This document shows positions 8,967-18,436 of a stretch of 64,000 nucleotides of DNA, in pieces. Position 1 is the stretch's first letter; the number at the start of each line of letters is the position of its first letter. A program made the position numbers and the translations under genes. A model generated the notes under the pieces. It had not been told where the DNA came from. It saw only the letters and a program-made list of their open reading frames with translations, and made no database searches. This stretch comes from Eubacteriales bacterium (GTDB taxonomy: Bacteria; Bacillota; Desulfotomaculia; Desulfotomaculales; Nap2-2B), in NCBI GenBank assembly GCA_041653135.1, contig JBAZGB010000006.1, forward strand, positions 628 through 64,627, written 5' to 3'.

Positions 8967-9560
8967 TTGATTCAAGGGTTCTTTCTTGGATTGGCCAGCG
9001 GGACCGTATGCCTTGCCAACTGTGCGCCGGTGCTTTTACCCTACCTTTTGGGAGAAGGGGGGAAGATACCGAGAAATTACGCCCTGCTGGGGCAGTTTAT
9101 GGGTGGACGGCTGGCAGGCTACCTGCTTTTCGCCCTGCTTGCCTGGGCGGCCGGACTTTATTTCTCAATAATGAGGCATAGAGGTTTAATCTTCGGCGCC
9201 GTATATATCATTCTTGCCGTTCTGATGATTTATACCAGTTTACGCAAGACAGAAAATAAGTGTCTGGGGAATTGCCTGGGAAAACCATTAATTCCTCTCA
9301 CCCTGGGGTTTTTTACCGGAATAAACTTCTGTCCCCCGTTCCTGATGGCCTTTACGGAAGCTTCCAGCATTGTTAATTTGGGTCAGTGCATGTTGTTCTT
9401 TTTTATGTTCTTTCTCGGAACGGCTGTGTTTTTTCTGCCGCTGCCCCTTGTCGGGGGGCTGGAACGGTTTTTGTTGCTTAAGAATATAGGCAAACTGGCC
9501 GCTTTATTAATAGCAGTTTACTACTTGTATACGGGTTTGGTCATGATTGGAGGGAGTTGA
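8967..9560 (+). CDS. TauE/SafE- or DsbD_2-like small polytopic membrane protein
   Basis: 197 aa, about 6 TM segments. N-terminal LGLASGTVCLANCAPVLLPYLLG is typical of this fold. TTG start. The stop is followed within a few nt by the next gene. Confidence 0.5.
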   Translation: MIQGFFLGLASGTVCLANCAPVLLPYLLGEGGKIPRNYALLGQFMGGRLAGYLLFALLAWAAGLYFSIMRHRGLIFGAVYIILAVLMIYTSLRKTENKCLGNCLGKPLIPLTLGFFTGINFCPPFLMAFTEASSIVNLGQCMLFFFMFFLGTAVFFLPLPLVGGLERFLLLKNIGKLAALLIAVYYLYTGLVMIGGS

Positions 9561-9565
9561 AAAAA

Positions 9566-10705
9566 ATGGGGACAAAGCCCTGGAAAGCATTGCTTTTAAC
9601 ATTGCCAATGGCCTTTCTGCTTGCTTTAATGATGACTCAGGGAAAGCTTCCAGACGCTTTGGCTGCCCGGGTGGCGGTAATACTAACTTATTCTTTGTTT
9701 AGCGTAATGTTCTTTTTAATTATTTGGTCAGGGAAAACTTACAAATATCGGGCTATCCTGTTTACCATTATCGCGGTCTGCTTTTGTTTCAGCTTTATCG
9801 CCAACCTGATTGAGATTAGGGGCAGTATGGCGCTGACCAAGGCAGATATTCTCGCCGGCGATACTCCCTTCTGTCATTTGGTAATACCTGCAGTGATAAT
9901 TCCCGCGGCTTTGACAAGAACAATAATATTTCCCGGATCCATGCTTGAAGGCTTCGCGAGTATAGCAAGCATGTTGGTTTTATGGGCCGGCGCTTCTTTG
10001 GTCCTCGGACGCGGCTGGTGCAGCTGGGCCTGCTTTTTTGGCGGCTTTGACGAGGGATTCTCACGTCTACGTAAAAAAGCTTTGATAAAAAAAATAGATC
10101 AAAAATGGACTTACCTGCCCTGGGCAGTGCTGCTTGCTGTTGTCCTGCTTTCCGCAGCCACGCTTTCACCTTTTTACTGTCAGTGGCTTTGTCCGTTTAA
10201 GGCAGTAACCGAGTTTGAGCAGGTAACTTCATTTAAGATTCTCGTTCAGACTGTTATCTTTGTATCACTTTTTATCGGTTTGGTGGTTGTCTTGCCCGTA
10301 TTAACCCGCAAGCGGATTCAGTGCGGACTTTTTTGCCCGTTTGCAGCTTTCCAGTCCCTGACGAACAAGATTAACGTATTTGATATCCGTGTGGACACCG
10401 ATAAATGTAAGAATTGTGGAATCTGTATAAAGGAATGTCCCACTTTTTCCCTCGACAGCAAGAGCGTGGGTGAGGGCAGAACACTCATGTCGTGCGTTAA
10501 GTGCGGAAAATGTGTGGACGATTGTCCGCGAGGGGCTGTTACATACCACATAAAAGGCACAAGGGTGAACACAGGCTCGGATACTGCGCGTGTTTTGTTT
10601 GCCTATCCCGCTTATTTGTTCATGTCCGCCATCGGGGGGTCAATGATTGTTTCGACACTGGCGTATTTAATTAATTATGCGACTGCCGGAAGTCTATATG
10701 GTTAA
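9566..10705 (+). CDS. Membrane-bound 4Fe-4S polyferredoxin (NapH/YccM-like)
   Basis: Multiple TM segments with CxxxC-type membrane motifs (WCSWACFFGG, CQWLCPF, GLFCPF). Two ferredoxin motifs are present: CKNCGICIKECP and CVKCGKCVDDCP. ATG at 9566 is preferred because GGAGGG lies ~10 nt upstream. Confidence 0.75.
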   Translation: MGTKPWKALLLTLPMAFLLALMMTQGKLPDALAARVAVILTYSLFSVMFFLIIWSGKTYKYRAILFTIIAVCFCFSFIANLIEIRGSMALTKADILAGDTPFCHLVIPAVIIPAALTRTIIFPGSMLEGFASIASMLVLWAGASLVLGRGWCSWACFFGGFDEGFSRLRKKALIKKIDQKWTYLPWAVLLAVVLLSAATLSPFYCQWLCPFKAVTEFEQVTSFKILVQTVIFVSLFIGLVVVLPVLTRKRIQCGLFCPFAAFQSLTNKINVFDIRVDTDKCKNCGICIKECPTFSLDSKSVGEGRTLMSCVKCGKCVDDCPRGAVTYHIKGTRVNTGSDTARVLFAYPAYLFMSAIGGSMIVSTLAYLINYATAGSLYG

Positions 10706-10725
10706 CAATTGCTTTACAAAAGGAG

Positions 10726-11196
10726 TTGAATCTTTTGGGGCGTGCCGCAAGCATAATAGGATATTGTTTGGCCGCGCTGGCTATTCCGGTTGCCATCGCC
10801 ACGTTTGTAGGGATGGATTTTTTCTCACGCGGGCTTGTTGCGGCAACCGGGTTGAAAGTTTCCCCCTGGATGAACGGCGGGGATATTATCCAGGTCGTTG
10901 AACGCGGAGGATATCAAACGCAAATACATCAGCCCGTTTTTGACGGCCTGTTTGGAGAGAAAGAAGAAGGCTTTGTGCAGGTTGACTGGACACCCTTGAA
11001 AAATCTCCCATCCGTCATCAGTGAGGAAGTGGATTTCGACCGGGACGGCAGGGCAGATTTTAAAATAAGCCTTGACGTCGAAGCAGTTTCTGCAAAAATA
11101 ACAAATGAAAATCCCAGGATAAAATCTTTGGAGGGCTGCTACAAATTAAAAGACGGACGGGCGGTAAGAGTGTGGCTGATTAATGATAAGCGCTGA
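10726..11196 (+). CDS. Hypothetical membrane-anchored protein with a DxDxDG-type loop
   Basis: N-terminal TM segment (IIGYCLAALAIPVAIATFVG) followed by a soluble domain containing DFDRDGRADF. The likely start is TTG at 10726 or 10735; AAGGAG ends at 10725. Confidence 0.5.
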   Translation: MNLLGRAASIIGYCLAALAIPVAIATFVGMDFFSRGLVAATGLKVSPWMNGGDIIQVVERGGYQTQIHQPVFDGLFGEKEEGFVQVDWTPLKNLPSVISEEVDFDRDGRADFKISLDVEAVSAKITNENPRIKSLEGCYKLKDGRAVRVWLINDKR

Positions 11197-11224
11197 TATT
11201 TCAAGTCGTTGGGAGGTTGGACAG

Positions 11225-12013
11225 ATGGAAGTCGTCGATTTAAACGCTAATAACCAGAAATCGTATTTTTGCTGTCTTGAGGAATGGTCGGAGGATATGA
11301 AAGAAGCGGGAAACCACAAGGAAATATGGTTTAACGAGATGAAAGACAAAGGTTTGAAGGTAAAATTGATTCACAATGAAAATGGTGTGCTTGCAGGGAT
11401 GATCCAGTACATGCCCATAGAATATTCATTTGCCGGGGGTCAGGATCTTTACTTTGTAAACTGCATTTGGGTTCACGGCCACAAACAGGGCAGGGGGAAT
11501 CTGCAAAATAAAGGATTAGGCAAAGCCTTGCTAAAAGCGGCCGAGGAGGATGCGCTGTCAAGCGGCAGTAAAGGGGTAGTTGTCTGGGGATTAATCCTTC
11601 CTTTTTTTATGAAGGCAGCCTGGTTTAAGAAACACGGATACAAAGCAGTGGACAGAATAGGTATGCAGTCGCTGTTATGGAAACCTTTTTCCGGCGATGC
11701 AGTTGCTCCCAGGTGGATAAGACAGCGAAAGAAACCGGAAATGGTTCCCGGGAAAGTTGTGGTTTCCGCATTTGTTAATGGCTGGTGCCCGGCGCAGAAC
11801 ATCACTTACGAGAGGGCAAAACGTTCTGCCGGCGAGTTTGGAGATAAAGTTTTATTTAAAGAGTACCATACTATAGACAGAAATGTTTTTTTGGAGTGGG
11901 GGATATCCGATGGCCTGTTTGTGGATAAAAAGCAAATCTGGACTGGTCCACCTCCGTCCTATGAGAAAATAAAAGGTATTATCGAAAAGCAAGTAAGAAA
12001 AAAAAGATTATGA
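11225..12013 (+). CDS. GNAT-family N-acetyltransferase fused to a thioredoxin-fold C-terminal domain
   Basis: GNAT core reads NCIWVHGHKQGRGNLQNKGLGKALLKAAEEDA. C-terminus reads VVVSAFVNGWCPAQ...FKEYHT (thioredoxin_3-like). GGGAGG lies 8 nt before the ATG at 11225. Confidence 0.6.
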   Translation: MEVVDLNANNQKSYFCCLEEWSEDMKEAGNHKEIWFNEMKDKGLKVKLIHNENGVLAGMIQYMPIEYSFAGGQDLYFVNCIWVHGHKQGRGNLQNKGLGKALLKAAEEDALSSGSKGVVVWGLILPFFMKAAWFKKHGYKAVDRIGMQSLLWKPFSGDAVAPRWIRQRKKPEMVPGKVVVSAFVNGWCPAQNITYERAKRSAGEFGDKVLFKEYHTIDRNVFLEWGISDGLFVDKKQIWTGPPPSYEKIKGIIEKQVRKKRL

Positions 12014-12030
12014 GACTGGGGGGAAAATAA

Positions 12031-12366
12031 ATGGATATCAAAAATTTAAATCAGATACCTGAAATAGAAATTATCCCTGGTTTTAAAGTAAAGTTCGTTT
12101 ATTCGCAGTTTATGACTTTGGCTCATTGGGATATTAAAGAAGGATCGTTCCTTCCGGAACATTCCCACCCGCATGAGCAAGTGTCAACTGTGATGGAAGG
12201 AATATTCGAGCTGACTGTAGATGATAACACTAAAACACTCGGGCCGGGTTCGGTGGTTATTATTCCTCCAAACTCAAAGCATTCAGCGAAGGCAATCTCG
12301 GACAGCAAAGTAATTGACGCCTTTTATCCAATACGTGAAGATTACTTAAATAAATATCAGAAGTAG
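12031..12366 (+). CDS. Cupin domain protein
   Basis: 111 aa with the metal motif EHSHPHEQVSTVMEG ... IPPNSKHSA. Confidence 0.75.
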   Translation: MDIKNLNQIPEIEIIPGFKVKFVYSQFMTLAHWDIKEGSFLPEHSHPHEQVSTVMEGIFELTVDDNTKTLGPGSVVIIPPNSKHSAKAISDSKVIDAFYPIREDYLNKYQK

Positions 12367-12459
12367 GTGATATTATAAAATATTGACCGGCTAAAAAGTA
12401 GTCCGGGAGTCTGTGTGTCCTATTTTGAAGTTAATAAAAGATGAGGAATAGATAAAAAT

Positions 12460-13833
12460 ATGATTACATTTAATGAATTTAGTCTGTCAGAACCTGTTCT
12501 TAAGTCTCTCAACGATATGGGTTTTGAAGAAGTGACGCCTATACAGGAGCAGGCTATTCCAATTGGTTTAACAGGCAGGGACCTTATGGGGCAGGCCCAT
12601 ACCGGGACTGGTAAGACAGTAGCCTTTGGCGTACCCATGGTTGAGTTCTTCGATCCCGGGAAGGAACAGATACAAGGTGTCGTCTTAACACCTACCCGTG
12701 AGTTAGCCGTCCAGGTGGCCGAGGAGTTAAACAGGGTCGGATATCATAAAGGTATCCACACACTGCCCATATACGGCGGTCAGGATATTGACCGCCAGAT
12801 CAGAGCGCTTAAGAACAGACCTCACATTATCGTGGGGACGCCGGGCCGGTTTAAAGATCACATAAGGAGAAGGACAATCCGTCTAGGCCAGGTTGGTATT
12901 GTGGTTCTGGACGAGGCGGATGAAATGTTGAATATGGGCTTTATCGAGGATATAGAGACGATACTTAAGGAAACTCCTCAGGATCGTCAGACTTTGCTTT
13001 TTTCTGCAACAATACCCGCTCAGATCCAGGACTTGGCCCAGCGGTTTATGAGGGATCCGGAAGTTATCCGGATTGAGGACAGGCAGGTTACTGTCCCAAA
13101 CCTTAGACAAAGTTACATAGAAGTCGAGGAGAAACAAAAATTTGATGTATTTTGCCGCGTGTTGGACGCACAGCCTCCGGATCGCGCCATTGTTTTTAGC
13201 CGGACAAGGCGCAGAGTGGACGAACTCTCTGAGGCATTGATCAAACGCGGCTATTCATCACAGGGGATCCACGGAGAGATGCTCCAGTCCAGGCGTGATC
13301 TTGTAATGCGGCAGTTTAAGGAAGGCGTTATCGAGCTGCTTGTGGCAACTGATGTTGCCGCCAGGGGTCTGGATATTACCGGAGTGACCCATATATATAA
13401 CTTTGATATTCCCCAGGACCCGGAGAGTTATGTCCACCGTGTCGGCCGTACCGGACGCGCCGGCAAAAAAGGCGTGGCTATTACTTTTGTTACACCAAGA
13501 GAGATTCACCATATGAAAACTATCGAAAACATGATCAAGAGTAAAATAACGCGCAAACCTGCTCCAACATTTAAAGAGGTATTTGAAGGACAGCAGCGCC
13601 TGGCAGTGGATAAACTTCTGACTGCCGTGGAAAAAGGGGATCTCGAGAGTTACAAGGGATTGGCCAAGGGTCTGCTGGAAGAAACTGACCCGGTTACCCT
13701 TGTTTGTGCCGCGTTAAAAATACTGACCAAGGAATCCGATTTGACCCCTGTCACTCTCACCCAGGAGAGACCGCCAAAAATAAGGCAGTTAAAGGATGAA
13801 AGCCGGGCAAAAAGGATATATCAAAAGAGATAA
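12460..13833 (+). CDS. cshA: DEAD-box ATP-dependent RNA helicase
   Basis: Q motif (F..L.. TPIQ), [21 protein letters not shown] and [10 protein letters not shown] are all present. Confidence 0.9.
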   Translation: MITFNEFSLSEPVLKSLNDMGFEEVTPIQEQAIPIGLTGRDLMGQAHTGTGKTVAFGVPMVEFFDPGKEQIQGVVLTPTRELAVQVAEELNRVGYHKGIHTLPIYGGQDIDRQIRALKNRPHIIVGTPGRFKDHIRRRTIRLGQVGIVVLDEADEMLNMGFIEDIETILKETPQDRQTLLFSATIPAQIQDLAQRFMRDPEVIRIEDRQVTVPNLRQSYIEVEEKQKFDVFCRVLDAQPPDRAIVFSRTRRRVDELSEALIKRGYSSQGIHGEMLQSRRDLVMRQFKEGVIELLVATDVAARGLDITGVTHIYNFDIPQDPESYVHRVGRTGRAGKKGVAITFVTPREIHHMKTIENMIKSKITRKPAPTFKEVFEGQQRLAVDKLLTAVEKGDLESYKGLAKGLLEETDPVTLVCAALKILTKESDLTPVTLTQERPPKIRQLKDESRAKRIYQKR

Positions 13834-13861
13834 AAGCGAGGCTTTCACTTATCGGTCAACA

Positions 13862-14632
13862 TCACGGTTTTTCTTCTGCAGGAGCCATCTGGTTTTTCAG
13901 GCAGCCTATCCCGGGAATAACCACTTCGACAATGTCCCCCGGTTTCATGCGGCCCACACCGGAAGGTGTGCCGGTGAGAATAACGTCTCCGGGCAATAGA
14001 GTCATCACTTTTGAAATAAAGGCAACCAGGCTCGCCACCGGGAAGATCAACCGGCTTGTGGAAGAATGCTGTTTTATTTCTCCGTTGAGGTATAGAAAGA
14101 TCTCTTGGTTGTCGGGATCCAGATCGGTTTCAATATGCGGACCCAATGGGCAGAATGTATCAAAGGACTTGGCTCTTGTCCACTGCTTGTCTTTGCCCTG
14201 CAGGTCCCGGGCAGTGACATCATTGGCGCAGGTATATCCAAGTATGTATTCGGCGGTCTCTGCTTCACTGACATTATGCGCTGTCTTTTTTATAACCACG
14301 GCCAGTTCGGCCTCGTAATCCACCCGGTGGCTCCAGGGAGCGTAGACTATAGGTTTAAGGGGACCTATTACGGATGTGGACGGCTTTAAAAAGATTAACG
14401 GCTCTTCAGGCAACGGCAGCTTGAATTCCTCAGCGTGGTCGCGGTAGTTAAGGCCCAGGCAGACAGCTTTGCTGGGCCGGCACGGGGCCAGAATTTCAAG
14501 TTCCTCCAGGTTGTATTTTTTTCCGGTCCGGGGCTCCAAAGATACAAAAGGATCACCCAACGGCAAAACCTGGTTTCCTTCGATCACCCCGTAGAAGGTC
14601 TCTGTCTTGTTTTGAAAACGGCCTATCTGCAT
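13862..14632 (-). CDS. Fumarylacetoacetate hydrolase (FAH) family protein
   Basis: 256 aa with FAH-fold signatures: GLNYRDHAEE, DYEAELAVVI, LLPGDVILTGTPSGVG. Confidence 0.85.
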   Translation of the reverse strand: MQIGRFQNKTETFYGVIEGNQVLPLGDPFVSLEPRTGKKYNLEELEILAPCRPSKAVCLGLNYRDHAEEFKLPLPEEPLIFLKPSTSVIGPLKPIVYAPWSHRVDYEAELAVVIKKTAHNVSEAETAEYILGYTCANDVTARDLQGKDKQWTRAKSFDTFCPLGPHIETDLDPDNQEIFLYLNGEIKQHSSTSRLIFPVASLVAFISKVMTLLPGDVILTGTPSGVGRMKPGDIVEVVIPGIGCLKNQMAPAEEKP

Positions 14633-14741
14633 AAAATCCTCCTGCTTAATAAATATTTATGAACTATAAGCTGGTTTTTTAGGTCTTGCTTTTTAAATTA
14701 TAAACCATATTTTTTGGTTGGGGCAATGGGGAGTTGCTTGC

Positions 14742-16469
14742 ATGCTGAATTTTGAAATAGCTCTCGCTTTTCAGGAACTGGCCGATTTGCTTGAATATAA
14801 AGGGGAAGATTTTTTTAAGATCCGCGCATACCGGCGTGCGGCCAGGGTTATTGCCTGTCTGGATGAACCGGTGGGGCAGCTGTTTGTGAACAAGAAACTA
14901 CTTCAAGTTCCCGGAATTGGTAAAAATATTGCCTCAAAGATTGAAGAATTATTAACCACCGGTAAGATGAACAAACTGGAAGAAATGCGCAAGGGATTTC
15001 ATCCGGGATTGATGGAAATCATGAACCTGCCTGGTATCGGGCCTAAAAGGGCCGGGATATTAATTGAACAATTAAAGGTGGCCTCTTTGGACGAACTGGA
15101 CAGGGCGGCCAGAAGTGAGTATGTTCGTAAACTGCCGGGTATGGGCGCAAAGACGGAACAGGAAATTATCCGGAACATACAGATGCTGCAAGACAACACC
15201 GGCAAGCACCTCCTCGGTCAAGCAAAAACATTGGCTGCCGAGTTGTGCGATCTTTTGGCCGGTTTCCCGGGTGTAAAAAAAATAGAAGTAACCGGCGGTG
15301 TAAGGCGGTGGCAGGAAACAGTTTCTATCATAAATTTACTGGCTGATACCGGTAACCCGGAGGAATTATGCATATTTTTGGCAGGCCACCCAAGAGTAAA
15401 AGAGGTTCAAACATGCAGCAAGGACAGGGTTAAAATTTCTACCCGGTGGGGAATAGATGTTGAGCTTTTGACGGTTGATGAAAAAGATAATTGGGCAGCT
15501 CTGCTCTGGTCAACCGGAAGTACCGCACACTACCAAAAATTAACGAGCCTTGCGCGTATGAAAGGCTTTGAATTAAGCGCCCGGGGATTTGCCGATTCTC
15601 AAGGAAAAATGATCCCTTTAAAATCAGAAGGCGATCTGTACGACCACCTGGATTTGCCCTTTATTCCTCCCGAACTGCGTGAGGATAAAGGCGAGATCGA
15701 GTATTGCCTTGAAGCAGGAAGGCTTCCGGATCTGATTGATCTAAAGGATATCAAAGGAGATTTACACGTACACAGCAATTGGAGCGACGGAGCAAATTCC
15801 ATAGAGCAAATCGCGGACCAGGCAAGGGGCCTGGGATACAGTTACGTAGCCATTACCGATCACTCCGCATCTTTAAAAATAGCCGGCGGGTTACCAGCGG
15901 GCAAACTTCTTGAACAGCGCGAATATATCCGGGAACTAAATAAAAAGTACGAAAACTTCCGGGTTCTGCACGGCATTGAGGTGGATATCTTGTCCGGAGG
16001 CGGTCTTGATTGCCCTGAAGAAATTTTAAAAGAGATGGATATTGTCATTGCTTCGGTGCATACCGGCTTTCGCCAGGACCGTGCGGTGATGACCGAACGG
16101 ATAATCTCCGCAATCAGGAACAAAAACGTAGACGTTGTCGGACATCTTACAGGGCGCCTGATCGGGCGCCGTAAAGGCTATGAAGTAGACGCGGAAAAGA
16201 TTTTTCAGGCTGCCAAAATACATGGAACATTTATGGAGATAAATTCATCCCCGGAGCGTCTGGACTTGAATGAAGATTACGCCCGGCTGGCAAAACAATG
16301 TGGTTTAAAATTGGTCATCAACACGGATGCACACGATTTGCGCCGGATGAAGGAGATTCCCTTTGGTGTGGCAGTAGCCCGGCGGGCCTGGCTGAGCCCC
16401 GCAGACGTCCTTAATACAGCGGACTTGGGGGATTTGCTGAATACTGTTTCACCTTCCCATAAAAAATAA
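14742..16469 (+). CDS. polX: DNA polymerase X family protein with a C-terminal PHP phosphoesterase domain
   Basis: N-terminal HhH/pol-beta-like region (FKIRAYRRAA, PGIGKNIASKI, LPGIGPKRA). The PHP domain shows GDLHVHSNWSDG and NTDAHD. The ATG at 14742 has GGGGAG 8 nt upstream. Confidence 0.9.
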   Translation: MLNFEIALAFQELADLLEYKGEDFFKIRAYRRAARVIACLDEPVGQLFVNKKLLQVPGIGKNIASKIEELLTTGKMNKLEEMRKGFHPGLMEIMNLPGIGPKRAGILIEQLKVASLDELDRAARSEYVRKLPGMGAKTEQEIIRNIQMLQDNTGKHLLGQAKTLAAELCDLLAGFPGVKKIEVTGGVRRWQETVSIINLLADTGNPEELCIFLAGHPRVKEVQTCSKDRVKISTRWGIDVELLTVDEKDNWAALLWSTGSTAHYQKLTSLARMKGFELSARGFADSQGKMIPLKSEGDLYDHLDLPFIPPELREDKGEIEYCLEAGRLPDLIDLKDIKGDLHVHSNWSDGANSIEQIADQARGLGYSYVAITDHSASLKIAGGLPAGKLLEQREYIRELNKKYENFRVLHGIEVDILSGGGLDCPEEILKEMDIVIASVHTGFRQDRAVMTERIISAIRNKNVDVVGHLTGRLIGRRKGYEVDAEKIFQAAKIHGTFMEINSSPERLDLNEDYARLAKQCGLKLVINTDAHDLRRMKEIPFGVAVARRAWLSPADVLNTADLGDLLNTVSPSHKK

Positions 16470-16473
16470 AAAA

Positions 16474-16503
16474 CTCCTTTACCATACGGCAAAGGAGTTT
16501 GAT
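16474..16503. terminator. Hairpin shared by the convergent polX and zinc-ribbon genes
   Basis: The stem is actcctttacc / ggcaaaggagt with one mismatch, flanked by A- and T-rich runs. Confidence 0.55.
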
Positions 16504-16510
16504 TTCTAAT

Positions 16511-16819
16511 TTAGTAGTGGTTTTTATTCTTGTTGAAACAATCGCGGCAATAAACCGGCCGGTCTTCACTTGGACGGAAAGGTACCTGTGTTTCACAGCC
16601 GCATGCGGCGCAAACTACTGTAAACATCTCGCGGTTAGGACGGGCGTTGCGGCTGCCAAAACCGCCGGAATTTCTCTTCTGCTTGCGGGCAGCCCTGCAT
16701 TGGGGACAACGGCCTGGTTCATTGGCGAAACCTTTTTCCGCATAAAACTCCTGTTCTGAAGCGGTAAAAATAAATTCCACACCACATTCACGACAAGTCA
16801 GCGTCTTGTCTTCGTACAT
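16511..16819 (-). CDS. Zinc-ribbon (CxxC pairs) protein, zf-trcl-like
   Basis: 102 aa with CRECG...CPQC and CAACG...CRDC pairs and a basic linker. Confidence 0.6.
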   Translation of the reverse strand: MYEDKTLTCRECGVEFIFTASEQEFYAEKGFANEPGRCPQCRAARKQKRNSGGFGSRNARPNREMFTVVCAACGCETQVPFRPSEDRPVYCRDCFNKNKNHY

Positions 16820-17097
16820 TCGAATCCCCCTAAATATTATTTGCCCAAAAGGTTTGGAGGATTCACTCAGGCCTTGACTTCCTTATTGCTTAAGGCAGCT
16901 GGCAGACGAGACATAAACCTCTTCAGACCTGTTATTTGAGCATCATTATTTTACCTTTTCTTTTTGAAAAAGTAAAGTATTAAAGATAAATTTTCACTGT
17001 AGTGACATTTGTACGTTAACTTTCTGACATATTATGATAATGCCGTAATACTGCGCTTTTGGACAGACTTTATATCCGGGCATTTTTTGACGGCAGG

Positions 17098-17760
17098 TTA
17101 TGAATCTTGGTTTGCAAAATCTTCTTCTTTTGCTTTTTCACGGAACCAGCGCCGTATTTCATCCAATATTGGCGGCGAGACATAAAATATTTGAATAGAG
17201 GAAGAAAATTGCACAGAATGTCCCTCACTGATGAACAAAACGCCGGCTTCATTTTCCCCGAGGGTTTCATCAATTCGTTGAGCTATATGGTTGAACCTCT
17301 TTGTACTGATATCCCAGAAGAATTCTGAAATTTTTTCAAATGCCGTTTGAGTCATCACTACACGAAGGCAGTTGCCCCAGTCAAGACTTTGAGTAAACAG
17401 CTCCAAATCTTCTATGGCTTGCATTTCTGCGCCCTGATCACACTTTTCTTTGATCAAAGGGTAGGCCTTTTTATTGATCTGCTGAATATTGCTCAAGCCC
17501 TGTTCTCCGCTGAAGGAGTTGGATTCATGGTATATCTTCTTTATCTTTCCGATCTTTCCCTCAATGTTTGCAAGGTGTTCCCCCACCTGTTTCCAGTATT
17601 GCTCAACCTTTTCAACATATTCTTCCGGGGAGTCTTTTCTGACAAAGACCAATGGCGCCAGGTATAATTTTCGCCCCGTTTTGAATTGCTCAGCCTCCGG
17701 TTTTTCAAGCTTGCCTAGGATTTCGGACACGTGTCTGGCTCCTTTCTGGATTTTTTTCAT
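17098..17760 (-). CDS. Hypothetical protein (220 aa, no recognisable domain)
   Basis: This is the internal ATG at 17760 (MKKIQKGARHV...) of the 392-aa track ORF. The upstream part of that ORF reads through tRNA-Ser and SRP RNA and is discarded. Confidence 0.55.
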   Translation of the reverse strand: MKKIQKGARHVSEILGKLEKPEAEQFKTGRKLYLAPLVFVRKDSPEEYVEKVEQYWKQVGEHLANIEGKIGKIKKIYHESNSFSGEQGLSNIQQINKKAYPLIKEKCDQGAEMQAIEDLELFTQSLDWGNCLRVVMTQTAFEKISEFFWDISTKRFNHIAQRIDETLGENEAGVLFISEGHSVQFSSSIQIFYVSPPILDEIRRWFREKAKEEDFANQDS

Positions 17761-17860
17761 CTCAAGACTGGTGGTTATTCTGCTAAAAAGTTTATTACAC
17801 AAAGGGTAAAAATACAAGTTTATTGAACACTGCGGCAGATTTGACAGGCGCGCCAAATAC

Positions 17861-17889
17861 TTGCATTTAACCATAATCGAATGTATAAT
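17861..17889 (+). promoter_or_regulatory. Sigma-A-like promoter for tRNA-Ser and SRP RNA
   Basis: TTGCAT (17861-17866), 17-nt spacer, TATAAT (17884-17889), about 40 nt upstream of the tRNA. Confidence 0.5.
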
Positions 17890-17930
17890 AAACGATGGAT
17901 TAGAAGGTTGAAGACAATAGCAGACTACAT

Positions 17931-18026
17931 GGAGAGATGGCCGAGTTGGTCGAAGGCGCTCGCCTGGAGAGCGAGTAGACGGGCATAAAACTTGTCTCGG
18001 GGGTTCGAATCCCTCTCTCTCCGCCA
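17931..18026 (+). tRNA. tRNA-Ser (anticodon GGA), long variable arm, encoded CCA
   Basis: Acceptor ggagaga/tctctcc. Anticodon stem ctcgc/gcgag with loop cuGGAga. T-arm gggggttcgaatccctc. Ends gCCA. Confidence 0.9.
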
Positions 18027-18060
18027 TGCTTTTGTTTGGTTTAAGGTTACTAATTAAATA

Positions 18061-18334
18061 TGGCCGTGCTAGACGGGGAGGTAGCGGTGCCCTGAACCCG
18101 CAACCCGCTATAGCGGGGTTGAATTCCTGCCCGAGGGTATGACTTGTGGGGTCCGGCCTGTTTACGAGGAGCGATGACGGTTGGGTCTTGCGCGGCGGAG
18201 ACTTTTGAACTGTGTCAGGTCTTGACGGAAGCAGCACTAAGAAAGAACCTCCGGGTGCCGCAAGGTTGCCTGGCAAGAGAAAACCAGTACAGGTTTCGCC
18301 CGGAAGCCATTTCTCGAAGGCAGGTGCACGGCCA
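18061..18334 (+). ncRNA. ffs: Signal recognition particle RNA, long Bacillus type (scRNA) with Alu domain
   Basis: The 5' end ggccgtgctagacggggaggtagcggtgccc is the Alu-domain signature. The domain IV motif gtcaggtc..ggaagcagc is present. The 3' gcacggcc pairs with the 5' ggccgtgc. The position just upstream of dnaX is the classical one. Confidence 0.9.
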
Positions 18335-18436
18335 GTATTTTTGAAAAGAGCTGCCTATAAAGGTGGTTCTTTGTAATAATAATACCTTTTGCAGCTCTTC
18401 CTTTCCTTTAAGACGAAAGAGGAAGGATTTTTTAAT

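Noticed and set aside
17098-18276. 392-aa minus-strand ORF from the six-frame track
   Set aside because: Its N-terminal ~170 codons run antisense through tRNA-Ser (17931-18026) and the SRP RNA (18061-18334). Only the portion from the internal ATG at 17760 is kept as a CDS.
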